A stretch of DNA of 64,000 nt from Gekko japonicus (GCF_001447785.1 NW_015168053.1:547308-611307); one strand, 5' to 3'. Counted from the stretch's first letter, positions 35,167 through 63,809 are shown. Translations and numbers: made by a program. The notes: generated by a model from the sequence alone, not told the origin.

Positions 35167-37239
35167 TGTCCTCTTCCTCCCGGCATGGATGCTGCTTCTC
35201 GTAACTTGCAGTCGGAAACCGTAACACAGATTCAGCTGGAGGGGTTCTGTATGCAGGAGGCAGGCCTCTCCTCTTGGACTGACAAAGACTGGAGAGTTCT
35301 GAAGAAAGGAGTGTCGTCTCAGGACATCCTGGGCCAAGTCCTCTTCATTTTTCTTTGTTTACCAAAAGGATCTCTGTAGAGAACTTCCTGCTCTTGTTGC
35401 AGAGCTGTCTGTTGCATAGTAGAGAAGATGGCCCTTTCCCCAGATCTCATTCCCAATCAGGTTGTTACAGTGTGAGCTTTTTTTTAGAGGCTTGGAAGGG
35501 CTAACTAAAGGGTAACAGCTGAGAAACGATTACATCCTCTGTCACTTTTGATCCTTCTAGGTTTGACTTCAGCTGAGGCAATCTAGAATTTTCCTGTTTT
35601 TGTAAAATGCTTCCGTACCCTGGAGTACAAGGCCTACTTCAGAGGGATTCTCCCTTTGCTGGTTCAATTGGGAGCCTCCGGCAACTGCCCCCTTCACCTA
35701 TTCCCACCACTTGCGGCCAAAAGGAATCCTCTGATTGCTCTTGTATATACATCTCCATCTAGAAGTAGTTTTGCTTGCCCTGCATTTGGAGGGGATCCTG
35801 TTGGGACTTGGCAGGTTATGATGAGTTACTGCAGTAAATAGGGACACGGAGAGCTAGTGGAGTAAGTCCTGTAGAGAGATCTGAATGGCACTGAATTCTT
35901 GCTGATGCCATGCACACACACACACACATATATATACAGGGTCACCGCAAATATGCAAGAATGAATAACACTTTGGTAGTTCAGAAGCGAAAGTGGTGGG
36001 AAAGAATCTGAAGAGAACTGTGAATTGTGGCTCTCCCTGTACAATGCCTAAGCAAGAGACCACATTTTCTTAGTGTTTTACCTGAACAACAACAACAAAT
36101 TGGGTTTGGGGACAAAATTGATGTTTCCTGAGTGTGGTGGGTGAAACTATGCTGTAAACTGTGGTGACCTGATTTTCTACAAGGAAGGCTGTCTGGCCTT
36201 TAAAACCTGCATTTCAGAAACTCCCAAGCGTTGGGACGAAAACAGCAGCTGAGTTTGTAGGGTGTGTATTTAAACAACTGTACTCAATGTGTGAAATTTT
36301 TTTTGGAAGAAATAGAACTCCATTCGAACCTGTGTGTAATCCAGTTATTTTGTACAGTGGGGTGGGCATTGGGCAGAACTAATGGAATTCTCCAAATTGA
36401 TCCTGTGGTTTGCGTTTATGTTCGTTCGTAGTTTTGTAGCCTGAAAGCTTATTTTGCACTATAAGCATCTCACCTTTTATCCAGAGCCATTACCTTTCAG
36501 AACTGAGCACAGAAATTGAAATTCTGAGAGAAGCTTCGTTTTGATCTCTAACCAGCAGACGATAATACTTATAATTCACTGTGCTGGCTTTGTGCAGCTG
36601 TCATATGCTGCTCCCACAGCACAGTTCTGTAATTAGTTCCTGGGTGTCTTGGACGTCTTTCCTTCTGTGTGTCTCCCCCAACCCCCAATCAGTGCAAAGC
36701 AGTCTTCTCTCCTGAAGCTATGACAGTTGCCCCTTAGAGGCCAGTCTTCTTACTATGAGAAGATTGGCCATCATGCTTTGAGGGGTGGATTTTCCACAGG
36801 GTGATGCAGTGGGACAGGCCAGGGGCATGAGGACAGAGGATGATGATGTTCATTTTGCCATTTAGGTGACTGGAATAAATTAAATAAGATGACTCTTGGG
36901 TGTTGTTTAATGCTTAAGAAATGTATTGTAGCATAAACTTTCATAGACCTGAAGATTTATCTCTGGCCTTTGTCTGCTGCCTCAGCTATGGCCTACTGGT
37001 TGGGGAGGGGGCAGATAAGGCTAGGACCCAACAGCAGTTTTGAGTTCTGGATGGTGGTGGTGGTGGGGAACAGAGCTATATAATGTTAAGAAGCGATGGA
37101 AAGAAAGTGTGTCCAAACCAACGACTTTTCTGATCCTTTATTTCTTTTGCTCAAATTTGGACAGATAACAGATCTGTGTGTGTTTGGTCACAGGACCAAT
37201 CTACCTGCGTTTTTGTCACCTATGAAGAGTTCTTGCAAG

Positions 37240-37445
37240 CAATGTTCCCTCTAAGCTGAGTTAGTATGAGCTAGCTCACAGTTTTTTAGCCTCCGGCTCA
37301 CACATTTTTGTCTTAGCTCAGGAAGGAGGGCTCCAGAGCAAACTCATTTATGCAGTAGCCAAACTGCTCGCTCACCACTTTAATGCCAGTAGCTCACAAA
37401 GTAGATTTTTTGCTCACAAGACTCCACAGCTTAGAGGGAACATTG
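37240..37445 (+). mobile_element. 206-bp hAT MITE (CA.TGTTCCCTCTAAGCTG TIR)
   Basis: TSD CTTGCAAG. Confidence 0.88.
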
Positions 37446-38699
37446 CTTGCAAGAGAAGCTTCTTGTTGTGCAAACAGGACTCTGAAAACCTCACCTGCCT
37501 GCTCCCTGGGGGTGCTGGAGGCTTATTTAATTTCTTGTTTCCTTCTTGGGTAAAGGGAGGTTACTCCAGCCTGTCAGCTATGGACGCAGTTGCACAGCAG
37601 GCCGGTTCGTGTTGTTGTTTTTTTAACAGATATTTTCATTGAGTATATATCTCATAACAATAATTCATAACCTTATATTTTACACTCCCTTTCTTAGAAA
37701 TTAAAAATGAGGTTACACTCCCTTGGTATAACGAACACAGGGCTATTTTTGGACAGGAACGCACAGGAACGGAGTTCCGGCTAGCTCCCAAGTTGGCCAC
37801 ACCCAGCAGGAACTCATTAGCATAACAGGCCACACCCAGCAGTAGAAACTCATTAGGATTGGCTACATTAGGGGTGGGTGGCCTAACATGCAAAGGAGTT
37901 CCTGCAACAAAAAAGGCCCTGGGTTTTGACAACAAACAAGGTAAACAGAATAAGAAGCAAAAGGTGGGTGTGGCTGGATGACCACACTTCTGGGAACATG
38001 GGGGTGTGGCCTAATGTGCTAATGAGTTCCTGCTGGACTTTTTCTACAAAAAAAGCCCTGAACTAACATATTAACTAATCCTCTTCTTATTCCCTTATCC
38101 TACCCGCACATGAGACCACCATACAATTCTCTCTAATTCACGTTCTAAGCAAGCCTTGATACATCCTTTAGTTCAATACATTATTACTCATTCTTCTAAC
38201 TTCTGTTCACTCAATCTTTATATTATTCTATCTACTTCTAGACCTAAAAAAGAAAGCTGGATGGGGTTGCCTCTGGTTCTGGAAGCTGAAGAGATAAACT
38301 CTTCAGCAGGAGGATACCTCTCCTCCCTGCAACCCGAGGTCTTGGGGGGAGCACCCCTTCACCTCCTTGCCATGCCCTCTAAGTGTAAACTTCTATTTCT
38401 CTACAATTTGTCACTTTATGTACTTTTCGTTAGTTACTACTTAAGCAAAAAATCTAAATACCCTACTTATGCTTATTAAATTGCTCTCGCCTCTCATCAT
38501 AGACTATTATACTGTTTGCCAAAATGTTTGGGTTCATGTTAAATGTATGTGAACTATTTTGATGGTGACAAACCATATACGTTTTAATAATAAGGCTTGA
38601 TTGGGACGAACAGCAGTCCGGCTTGAGAGTACTGATGTTGGAGGCAGGTCATTTTTCCCCCTTTCATTGGCTGTTGTCAATGTAAGTAGCAGGCTTCAT

Positions 38700-39474
38700 G
38701 GGCCAATTAAATGTCTTAGCAACTACCTTCTGTTCTCTCTTTTCTCCGCCCCGGTCTTCCATTGTACCCCGCCTCAAAGAATCCCAGCCAATAGAAGAGA
38801 GGGATGTTTTTTTGGGACAATATAGTAATCCAATGGGAGAGCAACATGTGAAGGCCCGCTTTCTTACAAAGGGGAGGCCGCAGCCGTTTCCGGAGCTGTA
38901 TCCACGCCCTTTTCAAAGTAGCAACCAATTATTAACGCTATTGGGTTGAGTGATGGCAGTGCAATCCGGTAATAGCTTGGCTTGCCCAGGTGGGCTCGCG
39001 TAGGAAAAGAGCCAATTATCGAAGGGAATTGCTTGAGGGGCAGGTCCGGTGCCCATTAGCTGATCCGCTTTGACACAAAGTCCGCCCCATCAGGTTGTTT
39101 TTCGCGGACTGGTAGGCGTGGTTCTTCTGAATACATCCGCACCTATTTAGCCAATCAATACACGGAGAAGCTTTGACGGACATCTCCTTTTGACAAATAA
39201 GCTTTATCTCTCCCTATAAGTGACAGCTGCAGCCGCGCAGCGTCGTCCCGCCCCTGCTTCCTTCCTCCGTCCCCCTTCACCAACATCCAATCGTGACCGA
39301 AGTTGTGTTGAGCGGCAGGTAGATAATCCAATAATTTTGGGGGAGAGGCGGGACTATTGGGACGAGAGGGGGGGAGGCTGCCGCCATCTTGGATGCCGCG
39401 GAGCCCGAAAGAGGGGGGAGAGGGAAAGGGGGGGAGGGAAAAAGGGAGAGCACCTCGGAGACCCGGAGCCGCCG
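38700..39474 (+). promoter_or_regulatory. CNOT3: CNOT3 promoter and non-coding exon 1
   Basis: CpG-rich; about ten CCAAT/ATTGG boxes, GC boxes, YY1 GCCGCCATCTTG at 39380, donor CCG|GTGAGA at 39474. Confidence 0.75.
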
Positions 39475-42400
39475 GTGAGAGAGCGAGAAGGGGCGGGACA
39501 TAGCCTAGGGGCGGGGTCTAGGAGTACCTGCGGGAGCTCCGTAGGGGGTGTGGCCAAAGGGGGTCTATAGGGGTTCTATGGGGTGGGGGCTCTATAGGGG
39601 AGGAGGTGTCTATAGGCGCTAGTGGGGGGGATCTATAGGCCAAAAGAGGCTCTATAAGGATCTGGGTGTTTTGTGGTGCAATTATTTGAACGAGCTATAA
39701 AAGGAGACATGAGGGATGCGACCCCATAGGAGGAAGCTGTATCTGTAGGGTGTGTGTGGGGGGAACCATATGTGTAGGGAGAACGGTGGGATGGGGGGGA
39801 GGACAGTGGTAGAAGGAAAGGGAATAGCCTCGACGTTGCATAGGGACACGAGTGAAGGGGGGGTTGTGAATGCTGAGATTCTGTAGGAAGTGTGGACATG
39901 TACCTTTCTCTGTATATAGCTTAGGGCCCATCAGGGGCATGCGAGGCTGTGTGCTAAACAATTATACGGAAGTTACAGAGTTTGCAAAGAACTTCTCATG
40001 TGAAAGCCACCATCTTTCCTGTGGGGCATGCAGGACTGGGATGTGGGTGCATGCTGGGAGTTCCATAGGAACTCTGTGCCAGAGGGTTTCCAGTGGCTGC
40101 CAGATATTTGCAGGCTGTTGCGGGTGGGAGATTCTCTCTAACTTGGGTCTTCAAGCTGCTTCAGGGTGACACCAGTCTGTATTACTGGAGGACTTTGTGG
40201 CTCTCTCTGCAACTTTTCTAAATAACACACAGTAAAACACACTTATTGCTTATTTCCCCTACTTGATTTTGCTTTTACTAGTCAGGACAGAGACATGGCA
40301 GTAAATACACTCTCTTTGGGCGAAATCTTTACGGGCTTTCGTGATTTCAGCAGACATTGCCCCCTCCCACACACATTTTACAAGCTGTGTTTGCAGTCCT
40401 AACAGATAGAAGCTTGCTCTCCCCCCCCCCAAAAAAAAACAGCTGAGATTGTCAGGATGCTGAATTTTGTACCTGCTATCAATTTCTGCATTGAACACAC
40501 ACAACAACACAGTGTTCTGTATGATCTTTATTTCATTCATTTCAGCAGTACCTTAGAGTTAGAACAGGACTGGAAAAGAGTTTGGTAATCCAGCTGCTTA
40601 AAAGTGCCGGTGCCTGAGCATCTTTTCCAGAGTGGGGTCTTAAAACTGGGACTTTATCCTAGGAATCGGAAATCAATTAGGTGACTTGGGTCGTATCAGT
40701 AATTCCTAGGGGATGGTAGACAGGGTCAGCCCCAGTTTGATGCCTCTCAGGGTCAGGGCCCTGCAGCAGGTTTAAATCTTGTAGCGTGTATGTTTCACAT
40801 TTTGGTTCTGGGTTCCTTCACTACCACCTCAGTGGCAGTGGGGCTGTGGATAACCTCTGTGTGAGTCTTTTCAGGTTAGAACAGACTGGTCTAGATGGAT
40901 GAAAAGAAATCTGGCTCTGTAGAAGGCAGCTTTCTAAGTTCTGTTCTTTCCATTTCCCAGAAAGGGAATGGAGGCTAACAGAGAGATTCCCTGTGACCCT
41001 GCATTGAGGCAACTACTAGCATGCAGTTTGAATCCCCAAGTTTCCTGGACTGGTATTACAATATTCTAGCGATGAGGCATTCCGTAAAGCACGTGATGCT
41101 TGAAAGCAGAACGTTACCAAAAGATAAAATCTTATCAAGAGATATTTTAATCCTAGGTGGTGTGGTGACTGCATTCCCTTTTAGGTTGTTGTTGTTTCTT
41201 TTTTTGTTTTTAAAGTATAAAATCCAGGTGTCCTTCATCAAATCAGCTGCCACAAAATTGCTTTCTCCCAGCACTTGACGCTGTAGTGTGCAGTTGCTGG
41301 GGAAACGTGATTTTTCTGTAATGAGTACCAGGTCAGTTGCTATTATGACTGCATTGTGGAAGCTCGTTGTTTATGTGCCACGGGCCTACCTACGGGTCAC
41401 TATCCGTGCCATCACTGGAGATGAAAAATGTACATTCCTCCCTTCCCTGCTGTCTTGTTAGAGGCCTATTTAGCTATGGATTTTTTTAAATTAACCCCCC
41501 CCCCATTTTTTAAAGACTGTGCAGCTTCTTGGTGTATCACTAATGTATACCAACTCTCACTGAAAACAAACACAAAAGAGGCTAATACAGGCAAGACTGC
41601 TCCTCTCCTGTCCCCCCTAGACTTCTTCCTAGCTTGCCTTTTCCTGTTTTTTTTGTTTTGCTCCTGTCGGTGTCCTCCTTGCCCCCCAAACATTGAAAGA
41701 AGGAACCCTGTTCATTTCACCCTTTTGATATTATTTGTTTGATATTTGGTCAGATGCAGCCTGAGGTTGAGAGAAGACGTCTGGCGAGGCTGTTGCCTCA
41801 CGCCAAGCCGTCTCCGCCAGAGGGTCTCCAGTGCTGTAGACTGGTCCCATGCTGAACGCTGTCAGGGTAACAAGGGCCCAGCAAAGAGGCCAGAACAGCA
41901 TGGCCCCCGGCCTGTGGGTCCTGACCCGGGAGTGGGTCACGATTCGAAGCCTGTGAAAGTGGTTCCTGGGCTTTTGCAGGTTCACAGATTTGTGCTTGCA
42001 CTGTTTTTGTTCTTGTTTTCACCACTGGGCTAGAGTGCTATAGAGATGTGGGGCAGAGAAGAGGGGCAAGAGCTGTTTTCCCCATTGCTGTTGTTACTTA
42101 GCCCTAACCTGAGTAGCCCAAGCTCAGAAAGTAAGCAGGGTTGGCCCTGATTAGTACTGGGATGGGAGACCTCCAAGGAATACCAGAGCCATAATGCAGA
42201 GGCAGGCAGTGGCAAACCACCTCTATTAGTCTCTTGCCTTGAAAGTCCCATGGGGTTGTTCTAGGCTGCAACCAGTTGTCACAAAAAAAATGTTGTGGTT
42301 TGCGAATGGCAGCTTGCAGTTGGGCACCTTAAAATCAGAACTGCGCATCCTCATAGGCCTCCTGTCGCTCCGCTGTAGCAAGTCCCATTCCATGCGTGTC

Positions 42401-44552
42401 CCACGTTGTAGGGCTTGCACAGGGCTACGAGGGAGGATCGTACAAAATGATTGCTGGGAGTTTGCTTTGAAAGGATCAAGTGGATTAGCTCTGGGATGAC
42501 TGGTTGGGAGTTCTAGATTATCTCATAATTGTGGGTCTGTTAATTGTCAGCAAAAATGGTGCTGAAGCCACCATAAACTGCTCAGCTCCTGGGCCATGTT
42601 TTTCAAGGCAACTCGCGGCCACCCCAGGGCACTGGGGCAGTGCCCAGAGGGTGCCAGACCAGAAGCAAGTCCCGTTGAACAAAGCTGGGCATGCTTCTGT
42701 GTAAACAGGCACTGGATTGTCTGCCCTACAGACGCCTCTCTTCCCCTAGCAGTCTGGTGACCTCCCCTCAAGCAAACCCTCAAATAATTCCAAACACCCA
42801 CTTTGCAGCAAGACTTATGGCTGGGCGCCTCTAGATCTGTTTTTAGGCCGGCTTGATTGGAGAGCGAGAATGGAGGGTGGGCCTTCTCTCCCCAAACTTG
42901 GCTCACCCTATGAAGTTGTGGCTCAGGACAGTCAAAACAAAATGTGTCTCGTTACATCACATTATCAGCCTGTAGGATTCATTGCCACAAAATGTAGGGA
43001 TGGGCAATGATGTGAGGAGGGATTTAACAAAGAAGAACAGACTAAGTTTTGGAAGGTGATCTTATTGTTCACATCTATCACTTCTTCACGGCAGCTATTT
43101 GTTTTACTGTTTGAACCTACGAAACAACGTATAATAGCGGTTGGTGTTAGTTTGGGCTTCTTGGCATCATGCATTTGTTCTTTTTTTTTCTTTCTGAGAA
43201 TGTAGCCAAGAGTTGGCTTCTACTTGGGAGTATTGCTTTTCCCATTCATTCTTTTTAAAAAGTTCTCTGTGCTGGATCAGGCCCTGATAGCCAGCCATTT
43301 TCGCGCGCACACCCCCCCCCCCTTAATCAGTGGTTGGATACTACGCAGATCTAGGCCACCTCCCCTGCTCTGCCTTGTTTACAAGACCGTCACACTTCTC
43401 AACGTGCTCCTTCCACTATTTACCAAGAAACGCTGCAATTCAGGCTGAGCATACGAAGACTTTTCCCCCTTCCAAAATTATGAAGGAAAATATGAAATAA
43501 GGTGGCTAAAAAAATAAACGACACCTTTAAAATCCAATTTTTAATTCATGGGGTTGGATCTCACAGTTTCCACACATGGCATGGGAGGCAGTTTTCACAG
43601 ATTCTCCCCTCTTTGCTGTAAACCTGTGACCCATGCTGTTCCGGGGGGAGGGGTCCCCCAACCTCCAGGAGTGGTATTGGTGCAGACATTTCTGGCGGGA
43701 GCGGGGAGGCAAAGAAGTCATGCTCTGCTGACACAGATCTTAATCTCGATCCAAGCCACTGGTTAAACTATGTGAATGCCTCACAAACAGGGCTTTTTTT
43801 CCTGGAAAAAAAGGTGCTGGAACTCTCAAGACGGAAACAAAGTTTTCAAGCGGTATATTGAAAACTCACAAACTTGTAAACGTTTTAAAAATAATTTTGT
43901 TGAAGAGGTTCCGGAGCTCCGTTTCGGTGCATTCCCCCAGAAAAAAAAAGCCCTGCATACAAACCTGTACCGCCAACCTCTGATGGCTGGATCTGTGGCC
44001 CATTTTGATGGAGCAGTTTTAATGTCAGCCAGTTTCCTTGGTTCTTCCTTTAAGATACTGGTTTTGATACCTGCACCGAAGCCATGGCTCAACAGTTCAG
44101 ATAACTGACAAAAGCCTATCTTATGCACCTGTGTAGTAGACAGCCACAATGTAGTCGCAAACTGAGATGCTTTAATTGCTATAGCAACCATTTAGTGTGC
44201 CAGCTTCTGCCAGCAGCCGAAAGTTGGAGACCAGATTTAAATCCGCCCTTTTGGCTGGTGAGTTTAATCAGTCCTTTCCCCCCCAGTTTGCAGAGATGCG
44301 ACAGTCCTATGAGTGGCTCCCAAGGGACCCTGTGACTTCCCAAAAGCATATCCGAGGCTTCCTTAAAGAGAAGCGGCGGACACAAATCTCCAAAAAGTAG
44401 GACATGTGTTATTGGTCATATTCTCTAGACTGAGCAAGGCAACAGCAGAGCCTTACCAGGGCCAGCCAGCGCTACGCATTAACTGACGGGGCACTCAAAA
44501 ACGTGCTCTGGGATTCTCTGCAACGAGCAAAGTGTCGAGCTGATCTAGGAAA

Positions 44553-44712
44553 AAAGTTTGAGTCCAGTGGCACCTTTACGACCAACAAAGTTTTATTTAA
44601 GGTGTAAGCTTTCGTGTGCAAGCGCACCCCACACCTTAAATAGAACTTTGTTGGTCTTACAGGTGCCATTGGACTCAAACTTTGTTCTGCTGCTCCAGAC
44701 CAACACGGCTAC
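44553..44712. repeat. Penelope-like terminal repeat in inverted (hairpin) arrangement; relatives at 13466-13672, 15408-15520, 30925-31040, 55958-56566, 61940-62120
   Basis: GAGTCCAGTGGCACCTTTA.GACCAACAAAG arm and its reverse complement; family assignment from recall. Confidence 0.55.
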
Positions 44713-47700
44713 CCACCCGAACGATCTAGAAAAAGTTCCTGGATGATAGAAACTTTGAAAATCAGTAGGCTGGTATTTTGAACAGATGGTTCAAACAGTA
44801 CTTCTGCTGTAGCCAGGGAAGCAGCCCTTGCTGGGTAAGTTCACCTAAATGCCCACAACAGAGCCCTTGGAAGGGATCCGCTCCTCTACAGTAGTCTTGC
44901 AACAATTCATGGAATTCAATAATTCTGCTATCCAAACGGTAAACATTGGGGGGTGGGGGGATTCACACTCCTATTTGCTTAGCAATGAGGAAAAGGCCTC
45001 ACTAACAGCTGGGACTGATAGTTTGTGGGGTGCCCCTGGATGCTTTAGTCTAGTCTAGGTTAGGGCCAGTAGACAGCAGAGTAGGCCTGCTAGGGTGCAT
45101 TTACACAAGGACCTTGATGTGCAGACGTCAGAACTGTTACCTGCTTCATGGCGGCAGATGAAGCCACCAGTAAAGACACTGTTGCAGGGGTTGGGGTTTA
45201 ATAAAAAAAAAGAGAGAGAGTTCTGAAGTTGTCCAGCCCTCTTTCTCCAGGCAGCCCTTTTCCTGTTCACCTTCCTCCCTAGCTTCCTGCAGCTAACCAG
45301 GTTTTAATTTTACTCCATAGCAGACAGAGGAGGTATATTTAAAGGGCGTGAGCCCTGTTTTCAGGCGAGACAATTGTGTGCTTGCTTGAGAGGAACTCTT
45401 TGAGCTCAGTGGAACTTACTTGTGACTAACTGGCGTCGGAGCGGGCCGCGTGTGTCCCAAAGGCAGCTCTGGACCCAAGTCTCTTGCTTGTTGAAATGAG
45501 CGACAGGAGCGCGTAAGCAGGTCCATGGTTGTCTTTTGGGTCCTTCCTGGAGAGAGGGTTATTTGCACAGATCAGGGCCAGCTTGGTGGTCTGGACCCCT
45601 GACTACCTTGGGAGGGGCAAATGGCTGCGTAGGGTCCCCGTTATTGGAGAGCAGATATGTCGGAACACTAAGCTCCCCCAGCCATCTCTCAAAGGAGAGT
45701 GGAGAACAGGCAGGTGGAAAAGGATCGGGTGCCGACTCAGGAGATGGAATCTTTGGGAAGACAGCAGAGTTCTAGCCGTTTGGGTTGTGCTGACAGCAGA
45801 ATTGAGTCCCAAGGCAGGACAATGGACTGGGCCGCATCAGAGAAGGAACACATTTTAAAATGTATGTCCATGTAAAACAACCCCCCCCTCCCATTCCCTG
45901 AAGGTAGAAAGCTAGCAAAGAACAGGCTGAAGTGGAACCTTTTCCCACGGAAATGTATTTTCTGTCTTTACTGTGGCAGGCAGGTTTGTGGGTTTTTAAA
46001 AAAAAAACATGGAGGAGTATCCATACATAATATCACCCTGCTGCTGCTGCAGTGATAGGGGGTCCCTTAAGAGGAGGGGTTACATAGTCAGTGCTCTGGC
46101 TCCTGCTGTTTAGACAGAGGGTCCCAGCTTTCAAACTTTACCTCTCTCAAGGGATCTCGCTGAGCCAGCAGGGTCGGTTGTGATCTTGGCAGTAGGCAGT
46201 GCCGGGCTAGATAGGCCAGTGATCTTCATTCATGCAGTATAACGTGGCTCAAGGTGTTCACCGTGCAGTCCCATCTTCTACCACATATTGCTTCCTGGTG
46301 GGGGGAAAAACACACCAAAATTTAGCCCAGTTTCTCCAGGAATCCCCAAGACTCCCGGGGTTCTCTGAGAAGGGAACAGAAACTGGAGAAGATAGCCGAG
46401 AGGGTGGCAGAACTCTGGCCCGTGAGACTGAGCTAGTAGAAGTGTACCCAAGCTCATCTGCCCAGCCTGATCAAACAAACTTCTTTTCCACCCAGTTTTC
46501 GAGCATGCTCACCTGGAGATGACTTTTTTTTTAATCATTTCCCAAAAAGTGAATGGGCAAAGGCTGATCAGGCTGCCATCTTTTAAAATAGAAAGTCTCC
46601 TGTACCTTTAACAGCTGCAGACAAGAAGACCTTCAGCAACTCTCCTCTTGATATGAATGTAACAATGAGGAAAGCTTTATCTGTTGGATTTCTGCTGGAT
46701 ATGAGACTGTTAAGGGGGGAGATGTGGTCAGACTGGCAGTCACACTGGGGAGCCAGTGGCTCTTGTACCTTGATGCACTCTCTTCAGCATCGGGCATGAT
46801 TCCCTTAGGGCTGCCGCTTTGGGTACCAGGATACTTTCATAGCTGGCTCTCTGGCCTCCCAGCTGGCCACTGGGTAGGGGAAGGGGAAGGTGGGGCTCTT
46901 TCCATTGCTAGTCATGTGCTTTCCTCACCTGCAGAGGAACCTGGCTGGAGAGAAGCCGAGAGCAAGCACCCAGGGGCCGCTAGGTAAGTGCAAGCCTTAC
47001 ACTTGGCTCCACCAGTTAAAGCAGCACAGCTAAATAACATTGTCTGGAAGGAAGGAAAGACAGACAGACACCCAGAAGCTTTCCTCCTCCCTGTCCCGGT
47101 TGTAAATACACCTGGGAGATGCCTAGTTTTTGCTCCTCCCCCCTCCCCATTAAGTATCAAAATAAATCAATAAAGACCTACCCCAGGCTGTCTTGAGTGG
47201 TGAGCAGCCCCAGCTTGGCCCCTGCAAACGAATCAAGGGAACAGGCCGGCCAAATTGAAATGGGAACTCAGGCTGAAGGAGCTCCTGCTTAAGGGGCACC
47301 GGCCCCAATCAGGTGCACTCCCTGAGTCATTGGGAAGGCGGGGCTCAGACTGGGCAGAGTCAGCAAATCAGATCTACGCCTCCTTTGGGGCATTAAATTG
47401 GAGGCCCTCCCCCACTCACAAGGCCCGGGGCAAGTGGAGGGGTACCAGACCTAAAACCCAAGTGCCCTGTAACAAGCTCACTGCCTCAAAGGGATCCAGG
47501 AGGTGATGGCAGGTGAGTGGGCATACTCCCTTCACGAAAGCCATCCCAATCTAGATTAACCAACATGGTTGGGTTGTTTTTTTGCTTTAATATCTGCGTG
47601 ACAAAAATTCAGCCGCTGGAATTCTCTATCCTGGCATATGCAATAAAGGGTTACTTTACCTGCTGAACCCCTGCCTGCCACACCGTTGAGCGGAGTCTTC

Positions 47701-48083
47701 CAGAAACAAACACTGCCATCTTTAAATTGTGTCCTGCATAGCTGAGACCCGTTGTGGTTAAACTGCTGGGCCGGGGAGTCCTGAATTCAAATCCCCACTC
47801 AGCTATTGGAGCTCAGGGGCCAGTTTCTATCTCTCGGTGTGGCTCATTTCGCAAGGTGGTTAGGAGAATCTAGTGGAGATTGTGGGGGTGGGGAACCACT
47901 TGTGCTGCCCTGAAGAGGGGTGGGGTGGAAACTGTGACAGGTTGGAGTATCTACTCGGAGCATCCCCATTTCAGTTGTCTGTGTCCCCCCCCCCCCATAG
48001 TCCTCCTGTACCTTTACATGAACAGTCAGCATGTGTGCAACAGGCAGAATTCCACCAGGAATGTTTTTTCCCTGGCACACCAG

Positions 48084-48289
48084 CAATGTTCCCTCTAAGC
48101 TGTGGAGTCTTGTGAGCAAAAATTCTCTTTTGTGAGCTACTGGCATTAAAGTTGTGAGCGAGCGATTTGGCTACTGCATAAATTAGTTTGCTCCGAAGCC
48201 CTCCTTCCTGAGCCAGGACAAAAATGTGTGAGCCGGAGGCTAAAAAACTCTGAGCTAGCTCACGCTAACTCAGCTTAGAGAGAACATTG
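48084..48289 (-). mobile_element. 206-bp hAT MITE
   Basis: TSD CACACCAG. Confidence 0.88.
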
Positions 48290-48456
48290 CACACCAGTGG
48301 GTCCGCCTGTTTTGTTTCTTAAAATGCCCCTCCTGCTGCCTGGCCCCCTGTGTCCATTTCTTCCCCTCCCACTGGGGGGCGCCTTCTCACCCGAGCTCCC
48401 TTCCTAACGGGTATCTCTTGCTTGCTCTCCTTGAAAGTCTCAACGCTCTATAAAGT

Positions 48457-48477
48457 ATGAAGAGAGCCCCTCTATAG
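48457..48477 (+). other. uORF (MKRAPL*) in CNOT3 5' UTR
   Basis: AGTATGAAGAGAGCCCCTCTATAG inside exon 2, ending 10 nt before the main ATG. Confidence 0.6.
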
Positions 48478-48487
48478 TGAAGGAAAC

Positions 48488-63489
<15,002 letters not shown>

Positions 63490-63528
63490 GTGAGAGGCCT
63501 CCTCCGCTCCCTGCTGGGTAGTGAAAAA

Positions 63529-63809
63529 CAGGTTGCTTACCAGTAACTGGCGATCTTCGAGTGGTCATCTGTGCATTCACACCAATGGGATCTAGTGCGC
63601 CTGCGCTGGATCCAGCGCAGGCGCACTAGTTCCCATTGGTGTGAAGCACAGAGACCACGAAGAAGATAAGCAGGTTGCTTACCAGTAATTGGCGATCTTC
63701 GAGTGGTCATCTGTGCATTCACACCAATGGGATCTAGTGCGCCTGCGCTGGATCCAGCGCAGGCGCACTAGATCCCATTGGTGTGAAGCACAGAGACCAC
63801 GAAGAAGAT
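63529..63809. repeat. Tandem 142-bp units, each with a 70-bp palindrome, DIRS-terminus-like
   Basis: CAGGTTGCTTACCAGTAA...GATCTTCGAGTGGTCATCTGTGCATTCACAC start; palindromes at 63576-63645 and 63718-63787. Confidence 0.8.

Noticed and set aside
35818-35894. C/D-box snoRNA-like ATGATGA...CTGA
   Set aside because: No terminal stem or recognisable guide; lies in a probable 3' UTR.
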